NCBI GenBank assembly: GCA_900755005.1
Contig: CAAEEX010000097.1
Span: forward strand, 14,149 to 78,148
Source: an uncultured Collinsella sp.
Lineage (GTDB): Bacteria > Actinomycetota > Coriobacteriia > Coriobacteriales > Coriobacteriaceae
Reading direction: 5' to 3'
DNA: 64,000 nt
The notes under the pieces are model-generated. The model saw only the letters and a list, made by a program, of their open reading frames with translations. It was not told the origin of the DNA and made no database searches. The translations under genes were made by a program, and so were the position numbers. Positions within the stretch are counted from its first letter, which is position 1; each line of letters starts with the position of its first letter. Below are positions 41,294 through 51,014 of this stretch, in pieces.

Positions 41294-42106
41294 TCAACGA
41301 GTATGTGGAGCAAATCCACAAGTTCGCACAGGTATGGGGCTGACGAGTCGGCCCTCGTCGTCCTCGCATGCTTGATTCTGACGCTCGACATCGTAGGAGC
41401 AGATGGTCACGAGGTCTTGCATACCGGTGGAAACAATAGGTGCATCCACGCCCGGGGTCAAGCCCTGCAACAAAACATCAGCAGCAGAAAGCAAAATTTC
41501 CGGACGCATGGAGCCCTCGTTATCGGCATGGGTGTCGAGCATGAGCACCAAATGGTCCGGGCGCTCCCCCGCCGTGAGCTCATAGCCCACGAGCGTGTGA
41601 TCCAAATCCAAGCGCTTGCTCTTTTTGCCGCGCGCGTAGTCGATGCCATGGTCCGCGCGCAGCGTGTCGATCGCACGACGCACCTCGTCGGTGCTTACGG
41701 GCGCCTCGGGGTCCAGGTGCAGGTCGATTCGGTACGACAGGCGCGTGAGCTGGGCCGTGAGCGCCGGCGTGCGCACGTCGATGTAGGCGGCCTCGATGGG
41801 CGCCAAATCGGCCGGGGACGCCGCGGCCAGGTGCTCAAAGGCCTCGTCGAGCGCAACGAACTCGGTCATAAACAGGTCATACCACTCGCAGGTCGACGAC
41901 GTGCCAACGGGTAGCGCCGAGGAGAAACCCACGCGCATGTGCGGAGAGAAGCCCTGCGTGACGGCATAGGGCAGGCCCGCACGGCGCACGATGCGTTCAA
42001 TGGTATGAATCAGTTCCAGGTGGCCCAGGTACTTGAGGCGATCGCGTTTGCCATAGCGAACGCGAAGCCTAAAGAGCGTGGGGTTGTCGGTCAAGCGCTC
42101 ACTCAT
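41294..42106 (-). CDS. radical SAM-linked protein (TIGR03936 / DUF2344 family), function unknown
   Basis: 270 aa. N-terminus LFRLRVRYGKRDRLKYLGHLELIHTIERIVRRAGLPYAVTQGFSPHMRV is typical of the TIGR03936 family. It is translationally coupled to the upstream radical SAM gene (4-nt overlap). Confidence 0.75.
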   Translation of the reverse strand: MSERLTDNPTLFRLRVRYGKRDRLKYLGHLELIHTIERIVRRAGLPYAVTQGFSPHMRVGFSSALPVGTSSTCEWYDLFMTEFVALDEAFEHLAAASPADLAPIEAAYIDVRTPALTAQLTRLSYRIDLHLDPEAPVSTDEVRRAIDTLRADHGIDYARGKKSKRLDLDHTLVGYELTAGERPDHLVLMLDTHADNEGSMRPEILLSAADVLLQGLTPGVDAPIVSTGMQDLVTICSYDVERQNQACEDDEGRLVSPIPVRTCGFAPHTR

Positions 42107-43980
42107 GCGCGATCACCCACCAATACGTTCTTGGCATGGAGCGTGGGGCAGATTCCGCAGCCGGTGCACGACGTGCGGGTGCAATCGGGCGTCGTAACGC
42201 CCTCCAGCGAGCGGCGGTACTCGCGCTCGAGGAAGCCGCGCGTGCAGCCGGGGCTCACGTGCTCCCACGGCAGGCGCCAGTCCAACTCGTAGGGCAGGTG
42301 CACGAGCTCATTGAGGTCGATGCCGTTTTTGGCAGCAGCCTCCTTCCAGTTATCGAGCGAGAAATGCTCTACCCAGGCGTCAAAGCGAGAGCCAGCGCGC
42401 CAAGCATCGATGATGACGGGCGTCATGTCACGACCGGCGCGGGAGAGCGCGGCCTCGATGAGCGAGGTCTCGGCATCGTGGTAATGCACGCGGACGGCAC
42501 GGTTGCGAACGCTCGTGATAAGCAGCTTCTGGCGACGCTTGACGTCGTCGTAGTCGAGCTGCGGGCACCACTGGAACGGCGTGGCAGCCTTGGGGATAAA
42601 GACCGAAACCGAGATCGACACCGAGATCGAGCCGCGACGAGCCTTGGGCACCACGGAACGACCGAGCTCCAGCACGTGATCGGCCAGATTGGCGATGGCC
42701 ACGATGTCCTCGTCGCGCTCGCCGGGAAGGCCCATCATAAAGTAGAGCTTCATGCGGTTCCAGCCGGCCTCGAAGGCTGCTTTGGCCGCGCGATCCAAGT
42801 CCTCTTCGGTCACGTTCTTGTTGATGATGTCGCGCATGCGTTGGCTACCGGCCTCGGGGGCAAACGTCAGGCCGCCCTTCTTTTCGCCGGCGACCGACTC
42901 GGCCATATCCACGCCAAACGAATCCAGGCGCTGCGAGGGAATGGACACGCGAATGCCCGTATCCTCCAGGCGACGGTTGAGCCTGCCGAGCACGTCGCGA
43001 ATGCAGGAGTGGTCGGTCGTGGAGAGCGAGGTCAGCGACACCTCGTCATAGCCGGTCTTTTCCAGACCCTGAATCACCGACGAGACGATCTGGTCGGCCG
43101 AGCGCTCGCGCACCGGGCGATACGTCATGCCGGCCTGGCAAAAACGACAGCCGCGGGCGCAGCCGCGCAGAATCTCGATAGACAGGCGATCGTGAACCAG
43201 CTGCGCATAGGGCACGCACGACTGCGACAGCGGATTCGTGGCGCCGAAATCCTCGACGACGCGTTTGTAGACCACGGTCGGCGCATCCTTGCCCTCGCGC
43301 GGCACGGTGTAGCCATGCGGCGAGCAGGGCTCGTCGTGACGAACCTCATAGAGCGACGGCACGTAGTTGCCGGCAATGGATGCAAGCTGCTCAACAATCT
43401 GCGCGCGCGGGACTCCTTCGTCGCGCAGGCGGCGATGCAGCTGGCAGGTCTCGAGCAGCGATTCCTCGCCCTCGCCGATGAGGATGGCATCGAAGAAGGC
43501 CGCGTACGGCTCGGGGTTGTACACCGAGGGGCCGCCGGCGATGATGATGGGGTCGTCTTCACCTCGGTCGGCCGCTAACAGCGGAATGCCAGCGAGGTCG
43601 AGTGCCTCGAGGAAGTTCGTCACCGCCATCTCGTGCGGCACATGCAGGCCGACGATATCAAACGAAGCGACCGGCGCTGCACCCTCGAGCGAGAGCAGCG
43701 GAATGCCTGCCTCGCGCATAGCGTCACCCATATCGGGCCACGGCACATAGCCACGCTCGCAGGAGATGCCCTCGGCCTGGTTAAGGATGTTGTAGAGGAT
43801 GGCGATACCCTGGTTGGGCAGACCAACCTCGTACACATCCGGGTAGATCAGGCAGCAACGGTAGTCGGCATCGGCCTTGGAAAGCGTGCCCCACTCGTGA
43901 TCGATATAGCGGCTCGGCTTTTCGACCTTGGCGAGCAGCGGCTCAATTAAATGAAAGCAGTCTTGATACGGAACGCGCAA
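42103..43980 (-). CDS. B12-binding-domain radical SAM protein (TIGR03960-like), function unknown
   Basis: 625 aa. CARGCRFCQAGMTY is a CxxxCxxC 4Fe-4S/SAM motif. N-terminal B12-like Rossmann region. C-terminal Cys cluster CTRTSCTGCGICP. Confidence 0.8.
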   Translation of the reverse strand: MRVPYQDCFHLIEPLLAKVEKPSRYIDHEWGTLSKADADYRCCLIYPDVYEVGLPNQGIAILYNILNQAEGISCERGYVPWPDMGDAMREAGIPLLSLEGAAPVASFDIVGLHVPHEMAVTNFLEALDLAGIPLLAADRGEDDPIIIAGGPSVYNPEPYAAFFDAILIGEGEESLLETCQLHRRLRDEGVPRAQIVEQLASIAGNYVPSLYEVRHDEPCSPHGYTVPREGKDAPTVVYKRVVEDFGATNPLSQSCVPYAQLVHDRLSIEILRGCARGCRFCQAGMTYRPVRERSADQIVSSVIQGLEKTGYDEVSLTSLSTTDHSCIRDVLGRLNRRLEDTGIRVSIPSQRLDSFGVDMAESVAGEKKGGLTFAPEAGSQRMRDIINKNVTEEDLDRAAKAAFEAGWNRMKLYFMMGLPGERDEDIVAIANLADHVLELGRSVVPKARRGSISVSISVSVFIPKAATPFQWCPQLDYDDVKRRQKLLITSVRNRAVRVHYHDAETSLIEAALSRAGRDMTPVIIDAWRAGSRFDAWVEHFSLDNWKEAAAKNGIDLNELVHLPYELDWRLPWEHVSPGCTRGFLEREYRRSLEGVTTPDCTRTSCTGCGICPTLHAKNVLVGDRA

Positions 43981-43990
43981 CGGAAAACCC

Positions 43991-44920
43991 CTAAGCAGCG
44001 AGATCGGATGCGTCTTGGTAGGACGCCATAGGACGGGTAGCGCCCGCGACCGTGGTCACCAGATCGCGAACGCGGGAGAACGTGGCAGTGACCACCTCGT
44101 TGGCACGGCTGTAGTCGACATCGCGCTCGTAGAGCGAAACGAGCGCACGGCCCATGCCATAGGTGCCCGCGGCAGCAGTGAGCGCCTTGACGGCAAACCC
44201 AATATGCGGCGTCTGCTTGACGAGCGCACGGGTGACCGCGCGGATCACAAGACCGCCGGCAAGCACGCCCGCGACCTCGTAGCCGCGCTCAGGCTTAATG
44301 CCGCGTCCAAAGACGGCAGCGAGCTCAAAGAGCATGCCCACCTGAGCCAGCGCCATAACGGGATAATCGGCGCCCGGCAAAAACACCAGCGCACCGGTCG
44401 CCATATTGGTGAGCGCGCACGAGGTAATGATACGATTGGCCGCCGCGATGCGCATGAAGGCAAAGTTCGCCGCAAAAGCCGTTTCCTTTTCGGTGCGATC
44501 GAGAATCCAGCGGGCAAGCGTCTCGAGCAGATACGTCTTATCGGTTGCCGCCACCACGCCGAGCATGGGCGTGGACTCCTCGATAAACGGCACCTCCACA
44601 GCAGACTCGGCAAGCACGCACACGGGCGCGCCGGCGATCACGAGCTCCTGCACGGCACTCTCCAAGCGGTCGGAGCCGCACGAGAGCACCAGCACCACAT
44701 CGGTATCGGTCTTTGGAGCAATTCGCTCCTCCCCCAGACGCTCGACGCGCACAATGCCCGAGGTCGTCTGCGGCACAAAGGCGTCACGCACCGTCTCGGC
44801 CAGAAAGCGCGAGGCGGACGAATCCAGATAGACCGAGACGCGCACCGGCGTATCGGAATCCTTCTTAACGGACGCGCCCATCTTAAAAGCGCGGGTCAGC
44901 TTATCTACGGGAATTTTCAT
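43991..44920 (-). CDS. conserved hypothetical protein
   Basis: 309 aa. N-terminal alpha/beta-looking region (VVLVLSCGSD, APVCVLAES) without a P-loop. C-terminal half has amphipathic/hydrophobic helices. No recognisable catalytic motif. Tightly packed between the radical SAM gene and rodA. Confidence 0.55.
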   Translation of the reverse strand: MKIPVDKLTRAFKMGASVKKDSDTPVRVSVYLDSSASRFLAETVRDAFVPQTTSGIVRVERLGEERIAPKTDTDVVLVLSCGSDRLESAVQELVIAGAPVCVLAESAVEVPFIEESTPMLGVVAATDKTYLLETLARWILDRTEKETAFAANFAFMRIAAANRIITSCALTNMATGALVFLPGADYPVMALAQVGMLFELAAVFGRGIKPERGYEVAGVLAGGLVIRAVTRALVKQTPHIGFAVKALTAAAGTYGMGRALVSLYERDVDYSRANEVVTATFSRVRDLVTTVAGATRPMASYQDASDLAA

Positions 44921-44938
44921 AGCAAACCCCTCCAGCGG

Positions 44939-46165
44939 TTACGCGGCGCCCGAACGATGCCGCCATATGGATTGTACGATACCCACCGTCAGCAGCTGAA
45001 TCATCATCGAAGACGAACCGAAGCTAATAAACGGTAGCGGAATACCGGTAATCGGCATCATGCCGATGCACATGCCGATGTTTTCGAAGGTCTGAAACGC
45101 CCACATGCCAACGATGCCCACACACGAAAGACGCAAGAACAGCGACTCACACTTAAAGGCGACGCGAATCGTCGAAAAGATCAGCAGCACGTAGAGGCAC
45201 AGGAGCAAAAAGGAACCGCAAAAGCCAAAGGTCTCGGATAGGAAGGCGAAGACAAAGTCGGTGTGGAACTCAGGCAGAAAGCCGCCGGCCGACTGCGTCG
45301 CATGGCCCAAACCCTTACCAAAGAAGCCGCCCGAGCCAACGGCGATAAGCGACTGCTGCAGGTTGTAGGCATCGTCCGAATCGGCATTATCGGGGTCGAT
45401 AAAGACCGTCAGGCGGTTCATCTGATACTGCTTGATGAGCACATCGTGGCCGAGCAACGAATCAAAGACCGAATCGAGCGCCAGGACGAGGGCCACCAGG
45501 CCCACAAGCAGGGCCAGGGTCGACAGCACCCATTCGCGGCGCGCACCGCTCATGCAGATGACGATGGCGCCCGAGACCAGCACGACCAGGCCCGAGCCCA
45601 GGTCGCCCATGGCAACGACGGCCAAAAACGGGATGGACAGCATGCCGCAGAGCTTGACGTAGTCGCGAACGGTATCGATGCGGCCGTTATACTGCGAGCC
45701 AAGCGTGGCGATAAAGAAGATGGTGATGAGCTTGGCAAGCTCGACCGGCTGGAATGTCAAGCCGATACCGGGAATCTTGATCCAGCCCGTCATGCCCAGA
45801 CCGCCCGTATAGGACAGACCCGGAATCTTGGGCGAGAAGATCACGATCAGGTCGATGACGAGCAACGCCGTCGAAAAATTGGAAATACCGCGCAGATCGG
45901 TACGCCAGACGAGCACCGCAAGCACCGCGCCAATGCCAATGCCCAGCAGGTGGCGCGAGAATGAGGCGTCGGCCTTAAACTGTGACGCCGACCAAATAAT
46001 GATGGCGCCATAGGCAACGAGCGCGACGGTAGCCAGCAGCACACCGATATGCACCTTTTGGCGAAACGTACCGCGCGAGGCCGAAAGTTGCTTGTTGACG
46101 CGGTCTAGGCTGCTGCGAGAGCCGGTCTTGGTTGAACGGAACAGATCCGCCGGAGAAAAATCCAT
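44939..46165 (-). CDS. rodA: SEDS-family peptidoglycan glycosyltransferase RodA/FtsW
   Basis: 408 aa polytopic membrane protein with FtsW/RodA/SpoVE family similarity. Lies downstream of pbp2-mreBCD. Confidence 0.85.
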   Translation of the reverse strand: MDFSPADLFRSTKTGSRSSLDRVNKQLSASRGTFRQKVHIGVLLATVALVAYGAIIIWSASQFKADASFSRHLLGIGIGAVLAVLVWRTDLRGISNFSTALLVIDLIVIFSPKIPGLSYTGGLGMTGWIKIPGIGLTFQPVELAKLITIFFIATLGSQYNGRIDTVRDYVKLCGMLSIPFLAVVAMGDLGSGLVVLVSGAIVICMSGARREWVLSTLALLVGLVALVLALDSVFDSLLGHDVLIKQYQMNRLTVFIDPDNADSDDAYNLQQSLIAVGSGGFFGKGLGHATQSAGGFLPEFHTDFVFAFLSETFGFCGSFLLLCLYVLLIFSTIRVAFKCESLFLRLSCVGIVGMWAFQTFENIGMCIGMMPITGIPLPFISFGSSSMMIQLLTVGIVQSIWRHRSGAA

Positions 46166-46174
46166 CGCAACCTC

Positions 46175-48244
46175 CTATCGAACCGAAGAATCGCCCGAGG
46201 CCGAAGAGGTATCGGGCTCGTCATAAATCACGCCGAGCACGTCGCGCACGACATGCATCGCGGTATCCGAACCACCGCCGCCCTGCTCCAGGACAGTAGC
46301 GATGACATACTTGGGATCATCGGCCGGTGCATAGGCGCAGAACCACGCGTATTCGTCCTCGCCGCTTTTCTCGCCCGTGCCCGACTTGCCGTACACCTGC
46401 GGCGTCAGGGTGCCAAAGTGAGCCGCCAGGGACGTCGATGCCGTGTAAATCACGTCGTGCATGCCGTTGCGAACAAGAGTCAAATCCGAATCGCTGTTGA
46501 TCTTGGCCTCCAGGCGCTTCTTCTTGCCCTTGCCGTTGTACTTATAGGCATCGCCGTCGCCATCGCGCGACACGGCAGACAAAAACACGTGAGGCACGTA
46601 CTGTTTGCCGCCGTTGGCAAGACCCATATAGGCGCACGCCATCTGCAGGGGCGTCACCAGGATGTCGCCTTGGCCGATGGCAATGTTGGTCATATCGCCG
46701 GCATTCCACTTGCGGTCCTCGGCAGAGGCGTCGGTAAAGTACGACTCTTTCCACTCGGCATCGGGAATACGGCCCGCGCCCTCACTCGGCAGATCGATAC
46801 CGCAGGTCTTGCCTAGGCCCCAGCGACGAAAGACCTCCTGCAGGCCCTCGGAATGCTGCTCGTCATAAAAGAAGGCCTTGCCCATGTCGTAGAAGACGGG
46901 GTCGCACGAGTTGGCGATACCCGACTGCAGCGTCATGGTGCCGTGGCCAGACGTCAGCCAGCAGCGCTTGCCCCAAGCCTTGCCCAGGCCCGTCCAATAG
47001 CCCGTGCAGTTGGTTGTCTGCGTTGAAGTGTAGGTTCCAAACTCAAGACCGGCCAGTGCCGAGAGCGGCTTGATGGTCGAGGCCGACATGTACTGTCCGC
47101 TAATGGCGCGGTTGAGCAGCGGGTGCGAACCTTTGTCATCATTGAGCTCGGTCCACACGTCATTTGAGACGCCGCCGATAAAGACGGACGGATCGAACTT
47201 GGGCTCGCTCGCCATGCCCAGGATCTCGCCATTGTTGGGATCGAGACACACCACAGCGCCGTTGCCGGCATTGCTGTAGCCAGTGGTCTTGGCAAGCTCG
47301 ATGGCGCTCGCCAGCGCCGTCTCACAGGCCTGTTGGATCTTAAGATCGAGCGTGAGCTTAATGTCGGAGCCGGCCTTGGCGGGCACGGCGCCGGCCTGAC
47401 CGGTCACATTGCCCGAGGCATCGACCTTGACGGTCTGCTCGCCACGAATACCCTGCAGCAGGTTTTCGTAGTAGCTCTCAACACCCGCCTGGCCCACGAT
47501 ATCGCCCGACTGGTACGTAATCCGGCCAGCAGAAGCATCATCATCGCCAGAGGTTTTCTTATTCTGGGCCTCGAGCTGCTCGGAGGTAATGGTGCCGGTA
47601 TAGCCCAAGATATGGCATGCCGTCTCGCCATATGGATACTGGCGCTCGGTACGCTCGGCAATCTTGACGCCCGGGAACTCGCCGGCGTGCTCCTGAATAT
47701 AGGCAACCGTGGAGCGACGGACGTCCGTCGCGATGGTATGCAGGCTCTGGGCGCCCTCGGAATTGTCCTGAATATTGCGCAGCACCGCCACGTAGGGCAT
47801 ACCGAGCACGTTGGCAAGATGGCGAACCAGAACCTCATCCTCGGCAAGGTCGCGGTAGGCCACGACAGCAAGTGAGGGACGGTTCTGGACAAGCGCCACG
47901 CCATTGCGGTCGAGGATGCGGCCGCGCACAGCGGGTGTGGTAACGGTGCGCGTCTGATTGCTATTAGCCTGCTTTTCGTAATAGTCCGACGAGACCATCT
48001 GCATGCCCCACAGCTTGACGGCAAGCGCCGCGAACATCGCGCCCACACCCGTGGTGAGGATGGAGAAGCGGCCCTTAAAGGCGGTCGCCGCGGTATTGCC
48101 CTCGCCCTCGGTGGCGCGCGGGGCCGTCCCATGCTGCGTATCGTAGGTAAAACGAGAATCGCCGCGACGCATAATGACCAGTGCGACCACGATGGCCACA
48201 ACCAGCACGATACCGGCGATAATAACCGTCATCTGGGAAGACAT
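46175..48244 (-). CDS. mrdA: penicillin-binding protein 2 (class B transpeptidase)
   Basis: SxxK ASTIKPL. N-terminal TM. PBP dimerisation plus transpeptidase domains. Confidence 0.9.
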   Translation of the reverse strand: MSSQMTVIIAGIVLVVAIVVALVIMRRGDSRFTYDTQHGTAPRATEGEGNTAATAFKGRFSILTTGVGAMFAALAVKLWGMQMVSSDYYEKQANSNQTRTVTTPAVRGRILDRNGVALVQNRPSLAVVAYRDLAEDEVLVRHLANVLGMPYVAVLRNIQDNSEGAQSLHTIATDVRRSTVAYIQEHAGEFPGVKIAERTERQYPYGETACHILGYTGTITSEQLEAQNKKTSGDDDASAGRITYQSGDIVGQAGVESYYENLLQGIRGEQTVKVDASGNVTGQAGAVPAKAGSDIKLTLDLKIQQACETALASAIELAKTTGYSNAGNGAVVCLDPNNGEILGMASEPKFDPSVFIGGVSNDVWTELNDDKGSHPLLNRAISGQYMSASTIKPLSALAGLEFGTYTSTQTTNCTGYWTGLGKAWGKRCWLTSGHGTMTLQSGIANSCDPVFYDMGKAFFYDEQHSEGLQEVFRRWGLGKTCGIDLPSEGAGRIPDAEWKESYFTDASAEDRKWNAGDMTNIAIGQGDILVTPLQMACAYMGLANGGKQYVPHVFLSAVSRDGDGDAYKYNGKGKKKRLEAKINSDSDLTLVRNGMHDVIYTASTSLAAHFGTLTPQVYGKSGTGEKSGEDEYAWFCAYAPADDPKYVIATVLEQGGGGSDTAMHVVRDVLGVIYDEPDTSSASGDSSVR

Positions 48245-48257
48245 CTACGAGCCTCCC

Positions 48258-48830
48258 CTATTTGAGCTTACGGGTCTTGGGCTTAAAGCGCATGCCCGTC
48301 TGGCGTCCGCCACGTGCGGAGAATCCATAACCGGACTGCGGCACGACGCCGGACATCAAAAACGGAATGGCAACCAGACCCGTCAGGATCGAAGACGGCA
48401 GCGCATGGCCGAAGATCGCCACGACAAAGCTCGTCTCCAAACCCATAAACAGCAAGATGATGCTGTAGATCACATTAATGACGAGCGCGAAGACACCCAC
48501 CGTGATGCCGCGCGCACTCGGGGTACCGCCCGTCTGACCGGCGGCGCTATGCACCAGGGCAAAAGAACCCACGGTCAGCAGGAGCGACATAACGCCCACC
48601 GGCACGGCAGCGGAAAGGTCATAGAACAAGCCGCTGCAAAAACCGCACGCGACGGCACGGGTCGGGTCGCCCGAGAACACGCTTAGGCACACCAGGATAA
48701 TCATGAAGTTGACGCGACCGCCCGCAATGGAGATCTGCGGTGCCAGGCCTGCCTGCAGCAGCACGCACACGATGGCGGCGATTACAAACGTGCGGGAGCT
48801 CATCCCCTGCTCGTGTAGATCCATGGACAT
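48258..48830 (-). CDS. mreD: rod shape-determining protein MreD
   Basis: 190-aa polytopic membrane protein positioned between mreC and pbp2. The call rests on position and topology, not on a motif. Confidence 0.7.
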   Translation of the reverse strand: MSMDLHEQGMSSRTFVIAAIVCVLLQAGLAPQISIAGGRVNFMIILVCLSVFSGDPTRAVACGFCSGLFYDLSAAVPVGVMSLLLTVGSFALVHSAAGQTGGTPSARGITVGVFALVINVIYSIILLFMGLETSFVVAIFGHALPSSILTGLVAIPFLMSGVVPQSGYGFSARGGRQTGMRFKPKTRKLK

Positions 48831-48835
48831 GCCCC

Positions 48836-49834
48836 CTATTCGCTCGAGCCGGAATCGGTCGTCTCGGACGTGTCGGAACGGTCATCCGAGCTCTCGTCCT
48901 TCGTCTTGGTCGCAGCATCGCGCGACGTTCCCTGCGGCGTGCTGTTAGCGGTGCTCACGTCCTCATCCGAGGCCGACTGTTCGTCAGTCAGCGAGGTGAT
49001 GACCAGCACTTCCTCGTTGTTCTCGGCCGTCGTCTGGGCGCGCACCACAATGGTGTAGTACACGTCGTTTGCCGATTTCTCAACCGACGAGACGGTGCCG
49101 AGCGGTAGACCCTTGGGGAACACACCGCCAATGCCCGAGGTCACGATGATGTCGCCAACCTTAACGTCAGAGTCGACGCTCACGTACTCAAGACGCAGCG
49201 TGCCGTCAGCCTGACCCTGCAGCATGCCCTGGGCGCGCGTGTCCTGCACCATAGCGGACACGCCCGAGTTCTCGTCGCCAATCAGGCGCACGGTGGACGT
49301 CTTGGCCGAGACCTCGATAATCTGGCCTATGACACCGGCAGAACTCGTCACAGGCATGTTGATGGTAAGACCGTCGGCAGAACCCTTATCGATGGTGACG
49401 GTCGAGGTCCAGGCATCGCCCGAAGCGCCGACGATACGAGCTGCGGTTGATTTGAGGTTGTAGGTCGACTGCAGGCCGACCAGCCCCTCCAGTCGCTCGG
49501 CGGTCTTTTGAGCCTCGGAGAGCTCGGCAACCTTAGAGGTCAGTTCCTCGTTTTGCTTCTTAAGCTCGTCAAGCGTGTCCTGCGACGCCGTAAGGTTAGA
49601 GAACACGTTACCGATCGCATTGAAGGGAGCCGCCACAGCCGAGCCCACAAAGCGCACCGGCGAGGTAATCGTCGTCACGCCCGAGCGCACGGCATGAATC
49701 GGTCCTGCCTCGCCCTCGCGGATGTAAAACGTGAGCAGCAACACCGAAATCAGGCTGAAAACAATCAACGGGCGCATACCCGTTGATTGTCGCTTGGTAT
49801 TCAGATTTGTGGAGAAACCCGAAGATCGTGCCAA
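48836..49834 (-). CDS. mreC: rod shape-determining protein MreC with acidic C-terminal tail
   Basis: N-terminal TM. Coiled-coil (LDELKKQNEELTSKVAELSE). Beta-barrel region. Confidence 0.85.
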   Translation of the reverse strand: MARSSGFSTNLNTKRQSTGMRPLIVFSLISVLLLTFYIREGEAGPIHAVRSGVTTITSPVRFVGSAVAAPFNAIGNVFSNLTASQDTLDELKKQNEELTSKVAELSEAQKTAERLEGLVGLQSTYNLKSTAARIVGASGDAWTSTVTIDKGSADGLTINMPVTSSAGVIGQIIEVSAKTSTVRLIGDENSGVSAMVQDTRAQGMLQGQADGTLRLEYVSVDSDVKVGDIIVTSGIGGVFPKGLPLGTVSSVEKSANDVYYTIVVRAQTTAENNEEVLVITSLTDEQSASDEDVSTANSTPQGTSRDAATKTKDESSDDRSDTSETTDSGSSE

Positions 49835-49855
49835 ATGGAATCCACCTTTTGGAAA

Positions 49856-50899
49856 TTAAGCATTGGTCTGGACGAAGCCGCCATCAAACGCATTGGCCTC
49901 GAGCACGCGGGCACAGCCGTTAACAACGTTATCGAGCGCCGTAGGGCTAACATTGACCGAAACGCCGGTCTCATCGCGCAGGCGCACGTCGAGACCGCGC
50001 AGCAGCGCGCCGCCACCAGTCAGCAAAATGCCGTAGTACATAAGGTCCGAGGCAAGATCGGGAGGCGTAGCGTCGAGTGCGTCCTTGACGGCCTTGGCCA
50101 TCTCGTCGAGCGGCTTGTTGAGTGCGCGACGAATCTCCTCGCTCTCGATGCGCACGGTCTTGGGCAGACCGGTGATCACGTCGCGGCCGTTGACCTCGAC
50201 GTCGAGCTCATCCTTGAGCGGCACGGCGGAGCCGACCTTGATCTTGATGTCCTCTGCCGTACGCTCGCCGATGGCCAGGTTGTAGGCATCGCGAACGTGC
50301 GTGAGGATGGCCTGATCGAACTCGTCGCCGGCAATACGGATGGACTGCGAGACGACGATGCCGCCCATGGCGATAACGGCAACCTCGGTGGTACCGCCAC
50401 CGATGTCGATGACCATGGAGCCGGTGGGTTCCTCGACGGGCAGGTCGGCGCCGATAGCAGCTGCCATAGGCTCTTCGATCAGATAGGCCTGGCGGGCACC
50501 GGCCTGGATCGTGGCCTCAAAGACAGCGCGCTTCTCGACCGACGTGACACCGGAGGGAACGCAGACGACAACACGCGGACGCGGAGTCCACGGATAGCGC
50601 TTCTCGGACGCCTTGTCGATAAAGTAGCGAAGCATGGCCTCGGTAACATCGAAGTCGGCGATGACGCCGTCCTTCAGGGGACGAACGGCCACGATGTTGC
50701 CGGGCGTACGGCCGAGCATGCGCTTTGCCTCGATACCGACCGCCAGGATGCGCTCGTCGTTCTTGTCGATGGCGACAACAGAGGGCTCGCGAATGACGAT
50801 GCCCTTGCCGCGCACGGAGACAAGCGTATTTGCGGTGCCGAGGTCGATGGCAAGATCGCCCGCATAGCTACCGAAGAACATATCCATCAAAGAAAACAA
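49856..50899 (-). CDS. mreB: rod shape-determining protein MreB
   Basis: DLAIDLGTANTLV. Actin-like ATPase motifs. Confidence 0.95.
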   Translation of the reverse strand: MFSLMDMFFGSYAGDLAIDLGTANTLVSVRGKGIVIREPSVVAIDKNDERILAVGIEAKRMLGRTPGNIVAVRPLKDGVIADFDVTEAMLRYFIDKASEKRYPWTPRPRVVVCVPSGVTSVEKRAVFEATIQAGARQAYLIEEPMAAAIGADLPVEEPTGSMVIDIGGGTTEVAVIAMGGIVVSQSIRIAGDEFDQAILTHVRDAYNLAIGERTAEDIKIKVGSAVPLKDELDVEVNGRDVITGLPKTVRIESEEIRRALNKPLDEMAKAVKDALDATPPDLASDLMYYGILLTGGGALLRGLDVRLRDETGVSVNVSPTALDNVVNGCARVLEANAFDGGFVQTNA

Positions 50900-50960
50900 C
50901 GCAACTCCTGATGTGTTGGATGATTGCTGGAAAACTACTAGCTCATCATACTAGCGCAAG

Positions 50961-50991
50961 CCCGGCACCTCACTTGCGGTGAAGCGCCGGG
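50961..50991 (-). terminator. GC-rich 13-bp hairpin between TPR gene and mreB (terminator-like, no U-tract)
   Basis: CCCGGCGCUUCAC-CGCAA-GUGAGGUGCCGGG on minus-strand RNA. It lacks a U-tract, which is common in high-GC organisms. Coordinates give the hairpin itself, which lies in the 115-nt gap 50900-51014. Confidence 0.35.
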
Positions 50992-51014
50992 CAAAGCTAA
51001 ATCCCATAAGGTCA

